A stretch of DNA of 64,000 nucleotides from Eledone cirrhosa (Eukaryota). Positions 41,747-55,644 of this stretch are shown piece by piece; position 1 is the stretch's first letter; every line of letters begins with the position of its first letter. Position numbers and translations under genes: made by a program. The stretch spans positions 10,106,001 through 10,170,000 of the forward strand of contig OZ024761.1 of assembly GCA_964016885.1 (NCBI GenBank), read 5' to 3'. The notes under the pieces are model-generated. The model worked only from the letters and a program-made list of their open reading frames with translations. It ran no database searches and was not told the DNA's origin.

Positions 41747-42772
41747 AAATATATATATTTATATGTATGTATGTATGTACATGTGTATATATGTGTATAT
41801 ATACATATGTATATATGTGTATGTATACACATGTATACATGTGTATATATACACATGTTAGATATGTATATATATACACATGTATATACATGTGTATATA
41901 TACGTGTATATATACACATGTATACATGTATATATATACACATGTATGTACATGTGTATATATACACATGTGTATATGTGCATGTTTGTGTAAATTAGAA
42001 AGAGAAGAGGAATGAGAAGAAGATGTTTGGGGTAGAGAGGAGAAGTGAGAGGGGAAAGACGGAAGGTAAGATAGAGAGGGGGAGGGATAACACGTAAGAA
42101 AGAAAGGGAGGGAGAGAGAGACAAAAAGAAAGACATTGAAGACAGTGACTAGAAGAGAGGTAGGAAGTGAAGGCGGGGTAGGAGGATGGGGTGAGAGAGA
42201 GAGAGGGTCGGAGAAGAAGAAGGGGTAGGAGGATGGGGTGAGAGAGAGAGGGTCGGAGAATAAAGGAGAGATAGAAATAGAGATTATGAGAGAGGGGGAG
42301 AGAATAATATGAGAGAAAGACAGTGTGAGAGAGTGAGTAAGATAGAGAGTGATAGAGTTAATACGAGAGAGAGAAAGAGTGAGATAGGGAGGAGAGGCAG
42401 AAACAGATATGAGAGGGGGAGGGGGAGAAAGACTGAGAAAGAGAAACAGAATATGAGAGAGAGGGAGAAAGACTGATTTATCAGGTGTGTGAGAGGGGGG
42501 AGGAGGAAGACAGTGGTGTATAAGAGGGGGAGGCAGTGATCTATCATTTGAGACAGATTTGTACAGTGAGAGAGAGAGAAGGTAGAGGCAGTGATGTATC
42601 AGTTAAGAGAGAGGGGGAAGGTGGGAGACAAGGATATATCATGTGAGAGAGAGAGAGAGAGATGGAGACAGAGAGAGAGCAATAGACACTGTGAGGGAGA
42701 GAGACTGACGGAGATAATGAGAGAGAGAGACTGATGGAGACAGTGTGAGAGAAAGAGAGAGAGAGAGTGATG

Positions 42773-42817
<45 letters not shown>

Positions 42818-43020
42818 ACGGAGATAGTGTATGATTTATCAGAATGTATGAGAGAGAGTGAGAGAGAGAGACATAGTGACGGAGGAGAGGGAAGAGAGAC
42901 AGTAATCTATCAAGAAAAGTCATTGAACGAGCAGTAAATGAGCTGCATTGGAAGCTGATATTCTTGTATTTACCCCCCCCCCCCCATCTATGTAGTGTTG
43001 AGATACATATATACGTACAT

Positions 43021-43081
<61 letters not shown>

Positions 43082-43231
43082 CATACATACATTTATATAT
43101 ATAATGGTATCCGTAGTGGTAGAGCAGTCAGTCCATGGGACGAGTTAGGTAGAAGTGGTTACACAACAGTTAGTTCACCATACCGAGAACAATTGTTTCA
43201 CCTTACCAGCTCCTCAGCTTGTAAAGGATTA

Positions 43232-43269
43232 TGAGCTGAGGATCCGCTAAGGTGAAACAATTGTTCTCG
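43232..43269 (+). ncRNA. Minimal hammerhead (family H7), with a weaker inverted copy at 43184-43219
   Basis: UGAG-CUGAGGA-U-CC-GCUAA-GG-U-GAAA-C-AAUU-G-U-U-CUCG, with palindromic AACAAUUGUU. Confidence 0.7.
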
Positions 43270-43318
43270 GTATGGTGAACTAACTGTTGTGTAACCACTT
43301 ATTTATAAAACAAATCTG

Positions 43319-43384
43319 TATTTTATCTGATGAAAGCGCACCATAATTTGCCTTGGTTGCCCTTGAAATATATATAATAAAATA
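43319..43384 (+). ncRNA. Hammerhead H3, fourth copy (in element 43299-43427)
   Basis: Matches the 25760-25825 arm. Confidence 0.75.
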
Positions 43385-43422
43385 AATATGGTTTTATAAA
43401 TATAGTTTCCATTTATTAATAT

Positions 43423-43453
<31 letters not shown>

Positions 43454-43691
43454 GCATACATACATACACACACATACATATGTATATATACATATGCATA
43501 CATTTATATATATATATATATATACACACTTACATACATACATACACACACATACATACATACAAACATATATATACATATACACGTACATATATACATA
43601 CATGTACACAAACATATACATACATACACATACATACATACACACATATATACGTACATATACACATATATACATACATATATACATACAT

Positions 43692-43759
<68 letters not shown>

Positions 43760-43954
43760 ATATTTTTGTCTAAGTGACGATGAGTCCTTTTAGTTTGGAG
43801 TTTTATCTGTGTAAATAAGAGGATCATCAGATAAGATGTGTTTGATGTACCTGTTGGTTACACAGATGAAACTCCAGAGTAACAGGACTCATCACTTAGT
43901 CATTATAATGAATAATTTAACTCTACTTCAGTATTGAGTACTCATTATCACGGC

Positions 43955-44440
43955 CTTGTTTACAAAGTTGTATCTTATCGGAGGTTTCTTGGGTATTTTC
44001 ATGGTAAAGACCCCAGTCCTATCAATTTGTTTTTACAGTTTACACCTATGTAAGTTTAGCTGGTTTACAAGGTTGTATTTTATAGGAGGTTTCTTGGGTA
44101 TTTTCATGATAAAGACCCCAGTCCTATCAAGTTGCTGTTACGGTTTACACCTATGAGTGTTTAGCTGGTTTACAAGGTTGTATCTTATCGGAGGTTTCTT
44201 GGGTGTTTTCATGGTAAAGGCCCCAGTCCTATCATGTTGTTGTTCCAGTTCACACCTATGTAGTTGGCCTCTTTTGTGGTTGAATCTCATGAGAAGTTTC
44301 TCTTGTGCTTTAATGATAGGAGCTTCAGTCCAATCATGTCATTGTTACAGCTTACACCTTTGTTGGTTTAGATGCCTCCCTACGAGTTTGTATCTCATAG
44401 GAGGTTTCTTGGGTGTTTAACGATAGGGGTTCTGATCCTT
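43955..44440. repeat. Diverged ~103-bp tandem repeat, ~4.5 copies
   Basis: GGAGGTTTCTTGGGT..AGACCCCAGTCCTATCA..TTACACCTATG recurs near 43980, 44085, 44190, 44292 and 44400. Confidence 0.8.
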
Positions 44441-44457
44441 TCATGAAAAGCAACGTC

Positions 44458-44550
44458 AAATGAAGCGTCTTGCGCCACAACACAAGGCGTTACCCGGGCC
44501 AGAAATCGAACCCATAAACCTTATGATTGTAAATCCATCACCATGGCCCC
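44458..44550 (-). mobile_element. Decayed head of a second tRNA-derived SINE
   Basis: Minus strand has B-box GGGTTCGATTTC followed by TGTGTTGTGGCGCAAGACGCTTCA, which resembles a CORE-type segment. Confidence 0.5.
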
Positions 44551-44681
44551 AAAGCAACGTATCTTCACTTACTTGTGTGGTAGACTTAATCCGTCGCCCG
44601 GTCTAACACCACCACTTGAACAGTGGATGCGTTTAGCAGAGTTGTTCACTCTGTTGCAAGTACTCAAACCAATTCTGCTAA

Positions 44682-45920
44682 ATAATTGTTTCTACGTTTG
44701 GCACAAGGCCAGCAATTACCCAGTGCATTACTGGTACTTTATTTTATCGACCCCGTAAGGATGAAAGGCAAAGTTAACTTCGGCGGGATTTGAATTCAGA
44801 ATGGCAAGGGCCGTAACTCTATACGTCAAAGCATGGCGTCCGACCCTAGGCCAGTAATTTCGGAGGAGGGGAAATTCGATTAAATCGACCCCAGTGTGTA
44901 ACTGGTACTTTATTTCAACGACCGCGTAAGGATGAAAGGCAAAGCTAACCTCGGCGGGATTTGAACTCAGAACGTAAAGGGCCATAATTCTGTGTCGCAT
45001 CGTGTCCGACGCTCTACCAATACTATCAATGCGCCCTTATGCTAAATAATAATAATAATAACAATGGTTTCTTATATAGGCACAAGGCCAGCAATTTTGG
45101 GGGAGGAGAAAGTCGATTAAATCGACCCCAGTGCGTGACTGGTACTTTATTTTATCGACTAACAATGCTTTCTGATCTAGGCACAATGCCAACAATTTGA
45201 AGGGAAGGAGAAAGTCGATTAAATCGATCCGAGTTCATTAATAAATACTTTATTTTATCGACCCCGTAAGGATGAAAGCAAAGCTAACCTTGGCGGGACT
45301 TGAACTCAAAACGTAATGTATTTCTCAGCGCCGTAGACGCTTCGTCCTCGAGGACGAACCCTAATTTTGACGACCAAAAATTTGAAAGAAAAAAAAATTA
45401 TAATATACAACCTTCGGCCTCCAGGAAGCTTGGTAGATTTTTGACACTTATTTTAGGGGGAAAAGTAAGGTCTTCGGCGCCGGGAAATACGGTAACTATG
45501 ATATATATACCGCAAAGCTTGTTGTCCAACGCTCTTCCGATTCTGCCAAATAACAATAATTGTTTCTACTTTTGGCACAAGGCCAGCAATTATTCCAGTG
45601 TATTACTGGTACTTTATTTTATTGACCCCGTAAGGATGAAAGGCAAAGTTAACCTCGGCGGGATTTGAACTCAGTCCGTAAAGGGACGTAACTCTATGCT
45701 GGAAAGCATGGTGCCTGACCCTCTACCGAATAATAATTGTTTCTACTTTTGGCACAAGGCCAGCAGTAACCCAAGTGTATTACTGGTACTTTATTTTATC
45801 GACTCCGTAAGGATGAAAGGCAAAGTTAACCTCGGCAGGATTTGAACTCAGACCGTAAAGGGACGTAACTCTCTGCTGAAAATCATGGCGTCCGACCATC
45901 TACTGATACTGCCAATCCAA
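44682..45920 (-). mobile_element. Cluster of about 6 head-to-tail SINE family S copies
   Basis: Units start near 44682, 44848, 45062, 45165, 45556 and 45734. Each has part or all of GGCACAAGGCC..CTGGTACTTTATTTTATCGAC..GATGAAAGGCAAAG..TTTGAACTC. Confidence 0.88.
45313..45494. mobile_element. Tc2/pogo-like MITE nested in a SINE
   Basis: Right TIR reads TA-CCGTATTTCCCGGCGCCGAAGAC on the minus strand, and the left TIR is GTATTTCTCAGCGCCGTAGAC. The SINE head resumes after 45495. Confidence 0.65.
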
Positions 45921-46148
45921 GCAGTACTAATCGCTTCTTCAAAATGTTAAAACATTTTTCTTTTTCTAATTAAAATAAACCAATCCAATTTCTAGTAGGA
46001 AAGAAATAATCTTTAGAAGGAAGGAAAGTTCCAGAAAACATAAAGAAATAAAAACAAATATTTTCAAATGAATATAAAAATTATTGGACAGAAATCTTAT
46101 TTTAATATCAATACATACACACGTGTGTGTGTATGTATTGATATATAT

Positions 46149-46179
<31 letters not shown>

Positions 46180-46193
46180 AATATATATATATA

Positions 46194-46269
46194 TATTGGG
46201 TCGTCAAGTATGACATTTGTAGAAAAAAAAAAAAAAATGTTTACAAATTTCATACTTGACGACCCAATA
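46194..46269. mobile_element. Tiny Tc1/mariner-type MITE (TIRs only)
   Basis: TA-TTGGGTCGTCAAGTATGA.ATTTGTA..TACAAATTTCATACTTGACGACCCAA-TA. Confidence 0.75.
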
Positions 46270-46405
46270 TATACAGAAAGAGAGATATACATACATGACA
46301 TAAAAGTATTCATGATATGTGTATATATATGCATCGAGTACTCCCATGATTAGTGGTCTCCTCGGTCTTAGCACCGCAGACTCTATATATACATATATGT
46401 ATATA

Positions 46406-46460
<55 letters not shown>

Positions 46461-47164
46461 ATAATAATAAATTTGAAGAGAGAGAGAGGGATAGAGATAG
46501 ATGTGTATATATATATACACACACACATATATATACAAATATGTGTGTGTGTGTGTGTATACACACACACAGATGCATGTATACATACATACTGAAGTAA
46601 AAACAAAAAAACACAATTTGAAACTGGAAACGAATAGGTTGGCCTCCGTGTTATAAAATTTGACGTAGAATAATTTTAAATTCTCATTTGGGCTATAAAT
46701 AAACAGATATTCAATAGATTATTCAGTCCACGACGATAGATGAACTCGTACTGCGAGATTTTTATCGATTTCCGGAAGTGAGTGAGAAATGAGAAGTGAA
46801 AAATATCGTGTGGGTGGTGAGGGAGACGGGTGAGTATACATTTGTGTGTGTGTGTGTGTGTGTGTAATGGTGAATTGGAGAATGGAAAAGCAAAGAGATT
46901 TGTTTGAATGAGATTATAAATGAAACGAATCTAATTCCATTGAATGAAATCTTAACAAATTCCATAAGAGCACCCCACGTCCCTTCTCTCTCCCTTCACA
47001 CACATCGTCAGAATCGGCCGCCTACCTTTAGTTTTATTTTCACACACACACACAAATATATATATATATATACACATATATGTAAACATATATATTTATA
47101 TATTTTTTTATTGAAAGCTGTGTAATATCAGTCAGTCAAGTAATTTAGCCAAAAATTTCCATTC

Positions 47165-47860
47165 AGATAGTGTTGTGGATAGCTATCGTCTGCTAAGTTT
47201 CCAAATAAGATTCAAAATGGCGAATGCTCTGTGAAAGCAAAACGTAAAAACAACAACAACAAAAAAAACAACATAAAACCTGAATTGTGAAAAATAGTGT
47301 TGGGGGACAGCTATCGTCTGCTAAATTTCCAAATAAGATTCAAAATGGCGATTGCTCTATGAAAGCGAAAGATAAAAACAAAAACAAAAACCAAACCTAA
47401 GTCGTAAAAAATATTGTTGTGGATAGCTATCGTCTGCTAGCTTCCAAATAATATTCAAAATGGCGAATTCTCTGTCAAAGTAAAAAGTAAAAACAAAGAT
47501 ACAACCTGAAATGAGAAAATTAGTGTTGGGGGACAGCTATCGTCTGCTAGTTTCCAAATAAGATTCAAAATGGCTACCAATCTCCGATTATGCAAAATGG
47601 TGAATGCTCTGTGGAAGTGAAAAAGTAGGAGGGAAAAGATGAAAATTGAAGCGGAAATTGTCCACATACACCCTTCTGTAGGACGCTAATCACGTGATAA
47701 TTCTCCCTTTCGGATTTAATCGCGGCCAGTGGAAAACTCAGTTGAATTCTTTTTTGTTTGAAGATGTTCCCCGATGATTTGAGATTTTCACAGCTCAAAA
47801 TGCTGAGTTTTGCTCAATGAAACTGCAGTAGGGACGCTCTGAGTAAATAAGTAAATATTT
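47165..47860. promoter_or_regulatory. Putative housekeeping-type promoter island with four tandem motif modules
   Basis: Four 110-130-bp units each with GCTATCGTCTGCTA and a YY1-type CAAAATGGC. Also ETS-like GCGGAAAT (~47651), E-box TCACGTGA (~47690) and a possible splice donor AA|GTAAAT (~47851). Confidence 0.45.
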
Positions 47861-48245
47861 CTTTATTTTATTTGTGTTTCACAAATATAATTTGTATTGT
47901 GTTCTGAATAATTGATTCTTATTAATTCCTTCATCGAGGCAAATTGGTTTCTGTTGGACTCCCTCATATGTATGTATATATCTTTAGTATATATATATAT
48001 ATATTTTATTATATTATATTATATATATAATTAATATATATATATAAAAATATATATATATCATATTATATATATATATATTATATATATATATATATAT
48101 ATATCATATTATATATATATATATCATATTATATATATAGTATATATATACACACACATGCATGTGTATGTATATATTTGTGTGTATATATATATATAAA
48201 ACCTATTCTCTATTGGTGATAATACACATACATAAACAAAGACAT

Positions 48246-48345
<100 letters not shown>

Positions 48346-48748
48346 TATATATATATATATATTAACAAAGAAAAATAAAGCGAAGAAGAATCCATAGCAA
48401 TTTTCTCAGAAAGTAAAACAAACGAAACGCTGAAGAGGGTGGATCCATATTTGTTAATTAAATAAAGATTAAAACTTAAATAACTGTTGGTGATTGTATG
48501 GAATAGAACAAATACTGTTGCCTTGTTTGTTGTGTGTGTATGTGTGTTTGTGTAGATGTGTGTTTGTGTGTGGACTAGAACAAATACTGTTTCCTTGTTT
48601 GTTGTGTGTGTGTGTGGATGTGTGTGTGAATGTTTGTGTGTGTGTGTGGATATTTGTATGTGTCTATGTTTGAGTGTGTGTATGTTTGCGTGTGTATGTA
48701 TGCCTATATGTTTGTGTGTGTGTATGCCTATATGTTTGTGTGTGTGTG

Positions 48749-48792
<44 letters not shown>

Positions 48793-48949
48793 TTTGCATA
48801 GGTGTATACGCATTAGGTTTGTGTGTACGGCTGTGTATGTGTGTGCTTGTGTGTGTGTATGTTTGCGTGTGTGTGTATGTATGTTTTGCGGATGTGTATA
48901 TTTGTAATTGTATGTTTTTACTTGCGTAAACCACTCCATCCCCAAAATA

Positions 48950-50162
48950 ACAAACACAACCACAACCACTACAACCAACACAACACACAACCACAACCAC
49001 TACAACCAACACAATACACAACCACAACACACAACCACTACAACCAACACAACCAACACACAACCACAACTACAACCAACACAACTCATAATCACAACCA
49101 CCAACACAGCACACAACCACAACCACTACAACCAACACAACTCACAACAGCAACCACTACATCCATCACTACAACCTAACACAACACACAACAACAAGCA
49201 CCACAGCCCCACTACAACCACCACCACTAACAACAACACCATTACAACATAACACCACCACCACTAACAACAGCACCACCACTAACAACACCACCAATAC
49301 AACATAACTACACAACCACTAACAACACCACCATTACAACATAACTACACAACCACTAACAACACCACCATTACAACATAACTACACAACCGCTAACAAC
49401 ACCACCATTACAACATAACTACACCACCACTAACAACACCACCATTACAACATAACTACACCACCACTAACAACACCACCATTACAACATAACTACACCA
49501 CCACTAACAACACCACCATTACCATATAACAACACCACCATTACAACATAACTACACCACCACTAACAACACCACCATTACAACACAACACCACCACCAC
49601 TAACAACACCACCATTACAACACAACAGCACCACCACTACCAACAGCACCATTACAACACAACAGCACCACCACCACTACCAACACCACCATTACAACAC
49701 ACAGCACCACCACTAACAACAGCACCATTACAGCACCACCACCATTACAACACACAGCACCACCGCTAACAACACCACCATTACAGCACCACCACCACTA
49801 ACAACAGCACCTCTAACAACAGCACCATTACAACAGCACCACCACTACCAACACCACCATTACAACAGCACCACCACTACCAACGCCACCATTACAACAC
49901 ACAGCACCACCACTAACAACAGCACCATTACAACAGCACCACCACTACCAACACCACCATTACAACACACAGCACCACCACTAACAACAGCACCATTACA
50001 GCACCACCACCATTACAACACACAGCACCACCTCTAACAACACCACCATTACAGCACCACCACCACTACCAACAGCACCACCACTAACAACAGCACCTCT
50101 AACAACAGCACCATTACAACAGCACCACCACTACCAACGCCACCATTACAACATAACAACTA
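48950..50162. repeat. AC-rich cryptic trinucleotide/minisatellite array
   Basis: CACCACTAACAACACCACCATTACAAC-type units. Confidence 0.8.
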
Positions 50163-50292
50163 CATCAGTCAGTCCAGTGTTGCTTAGCTTTGCTAATCTT
50201 AACATCACAACAAAAGGTGAGAGTGAAAAGCCTGATACAACGACACGAGACAAACTGTATTAAAGGTTGTGTCTATGGATGGACTGTTGCAA

Positions 50293-50358
<66 letters not shown>

Positions 50359-50408
50359 ACCCCTCTCTCTTTCACATTTCCCTCTCTCTGTCTCTCTCTC
50401 TTTCACCC

Positions 50409-50450
<42 letters not shown>

Positions 50451-51486
50451 ACCCCCTCTCTCTCTCTCTTTCACTACCCCCCTCTCTCTATCCCCCCTCT
50501 CTCTCTATCTATCTATCTTTTCCTTCCCATTCTCTCTCTCTCTTCCCCCTCTTTCTCCCCCTCTCTCTTCTCCCCCTCTCTTCTCTATCTATCTCTCTAG
50601 CTTTACCTTCCCATTGTCTCTCTCTCTCTCTTTCTTTCTCCCCCTCTCTCTCTTTGTATATATATATCTAGCTATCTCTCTTTTTCTCCTCCCTTTCTAC
50701 CTCTATCTCTCTCTTTTCTTTTTCTCCCTCTATCTCAATCACTATTTCCCCCCTCTCTCTCTGGTTCTGTTGATCTCTCTCTTCTATCTTTGCATCTCTC
50801 TCCCCCTCGCTTTCTCCCCCTCTTTTTCTTCCCCTCTCTCCCTCTCTCTCTCTCACACCCCTCTCTATCACACCCCTCTCTATCACACCCCTCTCTCTCA
50901 CACCCCTCTCTCTCTCACACCCCTCTCTCTCACACCCCTCTCTCTCTACACACCCCTCTCTCTCTCACACCCCTCTCTCTACACTCCTCTCTCTCACACC
51001 CCTCTCTCTCTACATACACCTCTCTCTCACACCCCTCTCTCTCTACACACCCCTCTCTCTCTCACACCCCTCTCTCTACACTCCTCTCTCTCTCACACCC
51101 CTCTCTCTCTACATACACCTCTCTCTCTCACACCCCTCTCTCTACACTCACGTATCTTTTAAACCAATTCTTTCTATTTCAAAGATGTTCCAACCGTGAC
51201 CATCCAGTCCTTTTGTACATCTACGATTAGCTCATGTTAGTGTTTGTGTATGTGTATGTGTGTGTATGTCTGTATGTGTATGTCTGTATGTGTGTATACA
51301 TGTCTGTGTGTGTATGTGAATGCATGTGTCTGTGTGTGTTAGTGTATGCATGTGTCTGTGTGTGTGTGTGTGTGTATGCATGTGTCTGTGTGTCTCTTCA
51401 AATGGTAGGAAGTGTAGGTGGTGGGTGGTAGAGAGACTTTCGGTGTTAATATGTTATGTAGAATGTTAGTGTGTTTGTTTGTGGAC

Positions 51487-51585
<99 letters not shown>

Positions 51586-51606
51586 CATATATATGTATAT
51601 ACATTA

Positions 51607-51706
<100 letters not shown>

Positions 51707-51734
51707 TATGTATATATATATATATATATACATA

Positions 51735-51841
<107 letters not shown>

Positions 51842-51857
51842 CATATATATATATATA

Positions 51858-51941
<84 letters not shown>

Positions 51942-52038
51942 ATATATATTATATATATATATATCCATATATATATATATTATATATATATATCCATATA
52001 TATATATATTATATATATATATATATATTATATATATA

Positions 52039-52091
<53 letters not shown>

Positions 52092-52340
52092 ATATATATT
52101 ATATTTATATATATATTATATATATATATGTGTATATATATTATATATATATATTATATATATATATATATTATATATATATATATATGTGTATATATAT
52201 TATATATATATATCCATATATATATATATATATTATATATATATATATATGTGTATATATATATTATATATATATATCCATATATATATATATATATTAT
52301 ATATATATATATATATTATATTATATATATATATATATAT

Positions 52341-52399
<59 letters not shown>

Positions 52400-52755
52400 C
52401 ATATATATATAAATATATATATATATGTATATGCGTACGTATGTATTTTGTTTGTGTGTGTTTTATGAATGTGTGTATTTATGTGTTTGTATATGTATAA
52501 ATGTTTGTGTATGTATGTTTATGTATGTGAGTTATATGTATAAATGTTTGTGTATGTATGTTTATGTATGTGAGTATATGTCAGTGGATGTACATGTGTG
52601 TGTGTGTGTGTGAACATGTGTATTCAACTCTACGGTAGAAATGAGCCGTCAATAATGGCAACCGCTAATCTCCGCCCCCACCACTCTTCAACCACACCTC
52701 CCTCATCTCTCTCTCTTTCTATCTCTCGCTCTCTCTCTCTCTCTCTCTCACTCTC

Positions 52756-52797
<42 letters not shown>

Positions 52798-53086
52798 CTA
52801 TCTACCTATCTGCCAATCTCTCTCTCTCTCTCTCTCTGTATATCTATATATCTGTCTGTCTATCTATCTATCCATATATCCCCCCCCCCCTCTCTCATTA
52901 CTTCCAACTGTTTCTCTCCTCTTATTCCTCCCCTTCTCTGTCAATTCTTATCTAACCACCTTTTTCTGGATATGCATTTATACCCCACACACACATATAT
53001 ACACACATACATACATACACATATATATATATATATATATATGTATATGTATATATATAAAGAAATCTATATATGTATATGTATAT

Positions 53087-53142
<56 letters not shown>

Positions 53143-53143
53143 C

Positions 53144-53221
<78 letters not shown>

Positions 53222-53278
53222 GTATATATATATATGTATGTACGAATGAATGCATGTGTGCATATATATGCACACATT

Positions 53279-53325
<47 letters not shown>

Positions 53326-53790
53326 ATATATACATATATATATATATATACAAATATATCGATTTCTTTCCATATTCTTTTTGTCTATCTTTGTACTTTC
53401 CCTCCTCCCTCTCCCCCTCTTCCTCCCCCTTTCTCTCTTCTTTGTTTTAGCTTTTTTGTGTTGTTGTCTCTTTCAAAGATCTTTCACACTTTCTCTCTCT
53501 CTCTCTCTTTTACCCCCTCTCTCCTTCACTCCCCTTCACTCCTCTCGCTGTTGCTTCCAAATATTTTTTCCATTTTTTTCTGCCTCTCTTTTCTCCCTCC
53601 ACCTCTCCCCCTCTCTCTCTCACTCTCTCTCACTCTCTCTCTCTCACTCTCTCTCTCACTCTCTCTCTCTATCCTCTCTCTGACTCTGTCTCACTCTCTT
53701 ACTCACTCTCTCACTCTCTGTCTCTATCATCTCTCTCTCTCTCTCACTCTCTGTCTCTATCATCTCTCTCTCTCTCTCACTCCCTCTCCA

Positions 53791-53843
<53 letters not shown>

Positions 53844-54069
53844 TCCTCACTCCTTTTCCCACACCATTTCTATACCCCCTCACTCTCGCTCTCCTTCACT
53901 CTCTTTCTCTCACTATTCTACCTCTATCCTTCTCTATATATAGACCCCCTCTCTTTCTATCTCTCTCTTCTCCCTCTCCCTCTATCCTCTCTCTCTCTCT
54001 TCTCTCTCTCCCTCTATCCTCTCTCTATATATCCCCCCTCTCCCTCTATCCTCTATATATATATCCCCC

Positions 54070-54890
54070 TCTCTCTCTCTCTACTCTCCCTCTCACTCTA
54101 TCCTTCTCTCTCTATATATAGCCCCTCTCTCTCTACTCTCCCTCTCACTCTATCTATGTATATCCCCCTCTCTCTCTACTCTCCCTCTCACTCTATCCTT
54201 ATCTCTCTATATATAGCCCCTCTCTCTCTACTCTCCCTCTCACTCTATCCTTCTCTCTCTATGTATATCCCCCTCTCTCTCTACTCTCCCTCTCACTCTA
54301 TCCTTATCTCTATATATATAGCCCCTCTCTCTCTACTCTCCCTCTCACTCTATCCTTCTCTCTCTATGTATATCCCCCTCTCTCTCTACTCTCCCTCTCA
54401 CTCTATCCTTATCTCTATATATATAGCCCCTCTCTCTCTACTCTCCCTCTCACTCTATCCTTCTCTCTCTATGTATATCCCCCTCTCTCTCTACTCTCCC
54501 TCTCACTCTATCCTTATCTCTCTATATATAGCCCCTCTCTCTCTACTCTCCCTCTCACTCTATCCTTCTCTCTCTATGTATATCCCCCTCTCTCTCTACT
54601 CTCCCTCTCACTCTATCCTTATCTCTATATATATAGCCCCTCTCTCTCTACTCTCCCTCTCACTCTATCCTTCTCTCTCTATGTATATCCCCCTCTCTCT
54701 CTACTCTCCCTCTCACTCTATCCTTATCTCTCTATATATAGCCCCTCTCCCTCTACTCTCCCTCTCACTCTATCCTTCTCTCTCTATGTATATCCCCCTC
54801 TCTCTCTACTCTCCCTCTCACTCTATCCTTATCTCTCTATATATAGCCCCTCTCTCTCTACTCTCCCTCTCACTCTATCCTTCTCTCTCC
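54070..54890. repeat. 105-bp pyrimidine-rich tandem repeat, ~7 copies
   Basis: 35-aa periodicity in ORF 54156..54935. Confidence 0.9.
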
Positions 54891-55070
54891 CTTTCACCAT
54901 TGAAGCAGATTTGGATGCAATTGCGTTGTTTCTGAATGACATTCTTTTACCTTGCTTATTCCGTCACCTCCCCCTTCTCTCTCTCTATCCCCCCCTCTCT
55001 ATCTCTCCCCCTCCCGCTCTCTCCTCTCTTTCCCCCTCCCTCTCTCTATCTCTCCCCCTCCCTCTCTCTC

Positions 55071-55101
<31 letters not shown>

Positions 55102-55254
55102 CTTTTTTCTTTAATCATCTCTTCTCCCTCTCTCTCACTTATCCTCTCTTCTAATTCTTTCTCTGTATATAGATTGATATAGAGAGATATATGGACCCCC
55201 CCCCACCACCACACACACACATACACACATATATATATAGAGAGAGAGATAGAT

Positions 55255-55322
<68 letters not shown>

Positions 55323-55407
55323 TAGTGAGATAGATGGATGAACAAATAGACAAACAGATAGATAGGTAGTGAGATATATTGATAGATTGGTGTAGAGATG
55401 CACGTAC

Positions 55408-55463
<56 letters not shown>

Positions 55464-55538
55464 AGATAGGTAGATTTATGCATATATAGATGCCCCTCTC
55501 TATACCTCTCTCTCCCGCTTTCATTCTCTCTCTCTTTC

Positions 55539-55569
<31 letters not shown>

Positions 55570-55644
55570 GGGGAACGGAGGAAATCTGTCACTTTCCATT
55601 TCTCCCCCATATCTCTATCTATCTCCTTCCACCTCCCCCATCCA

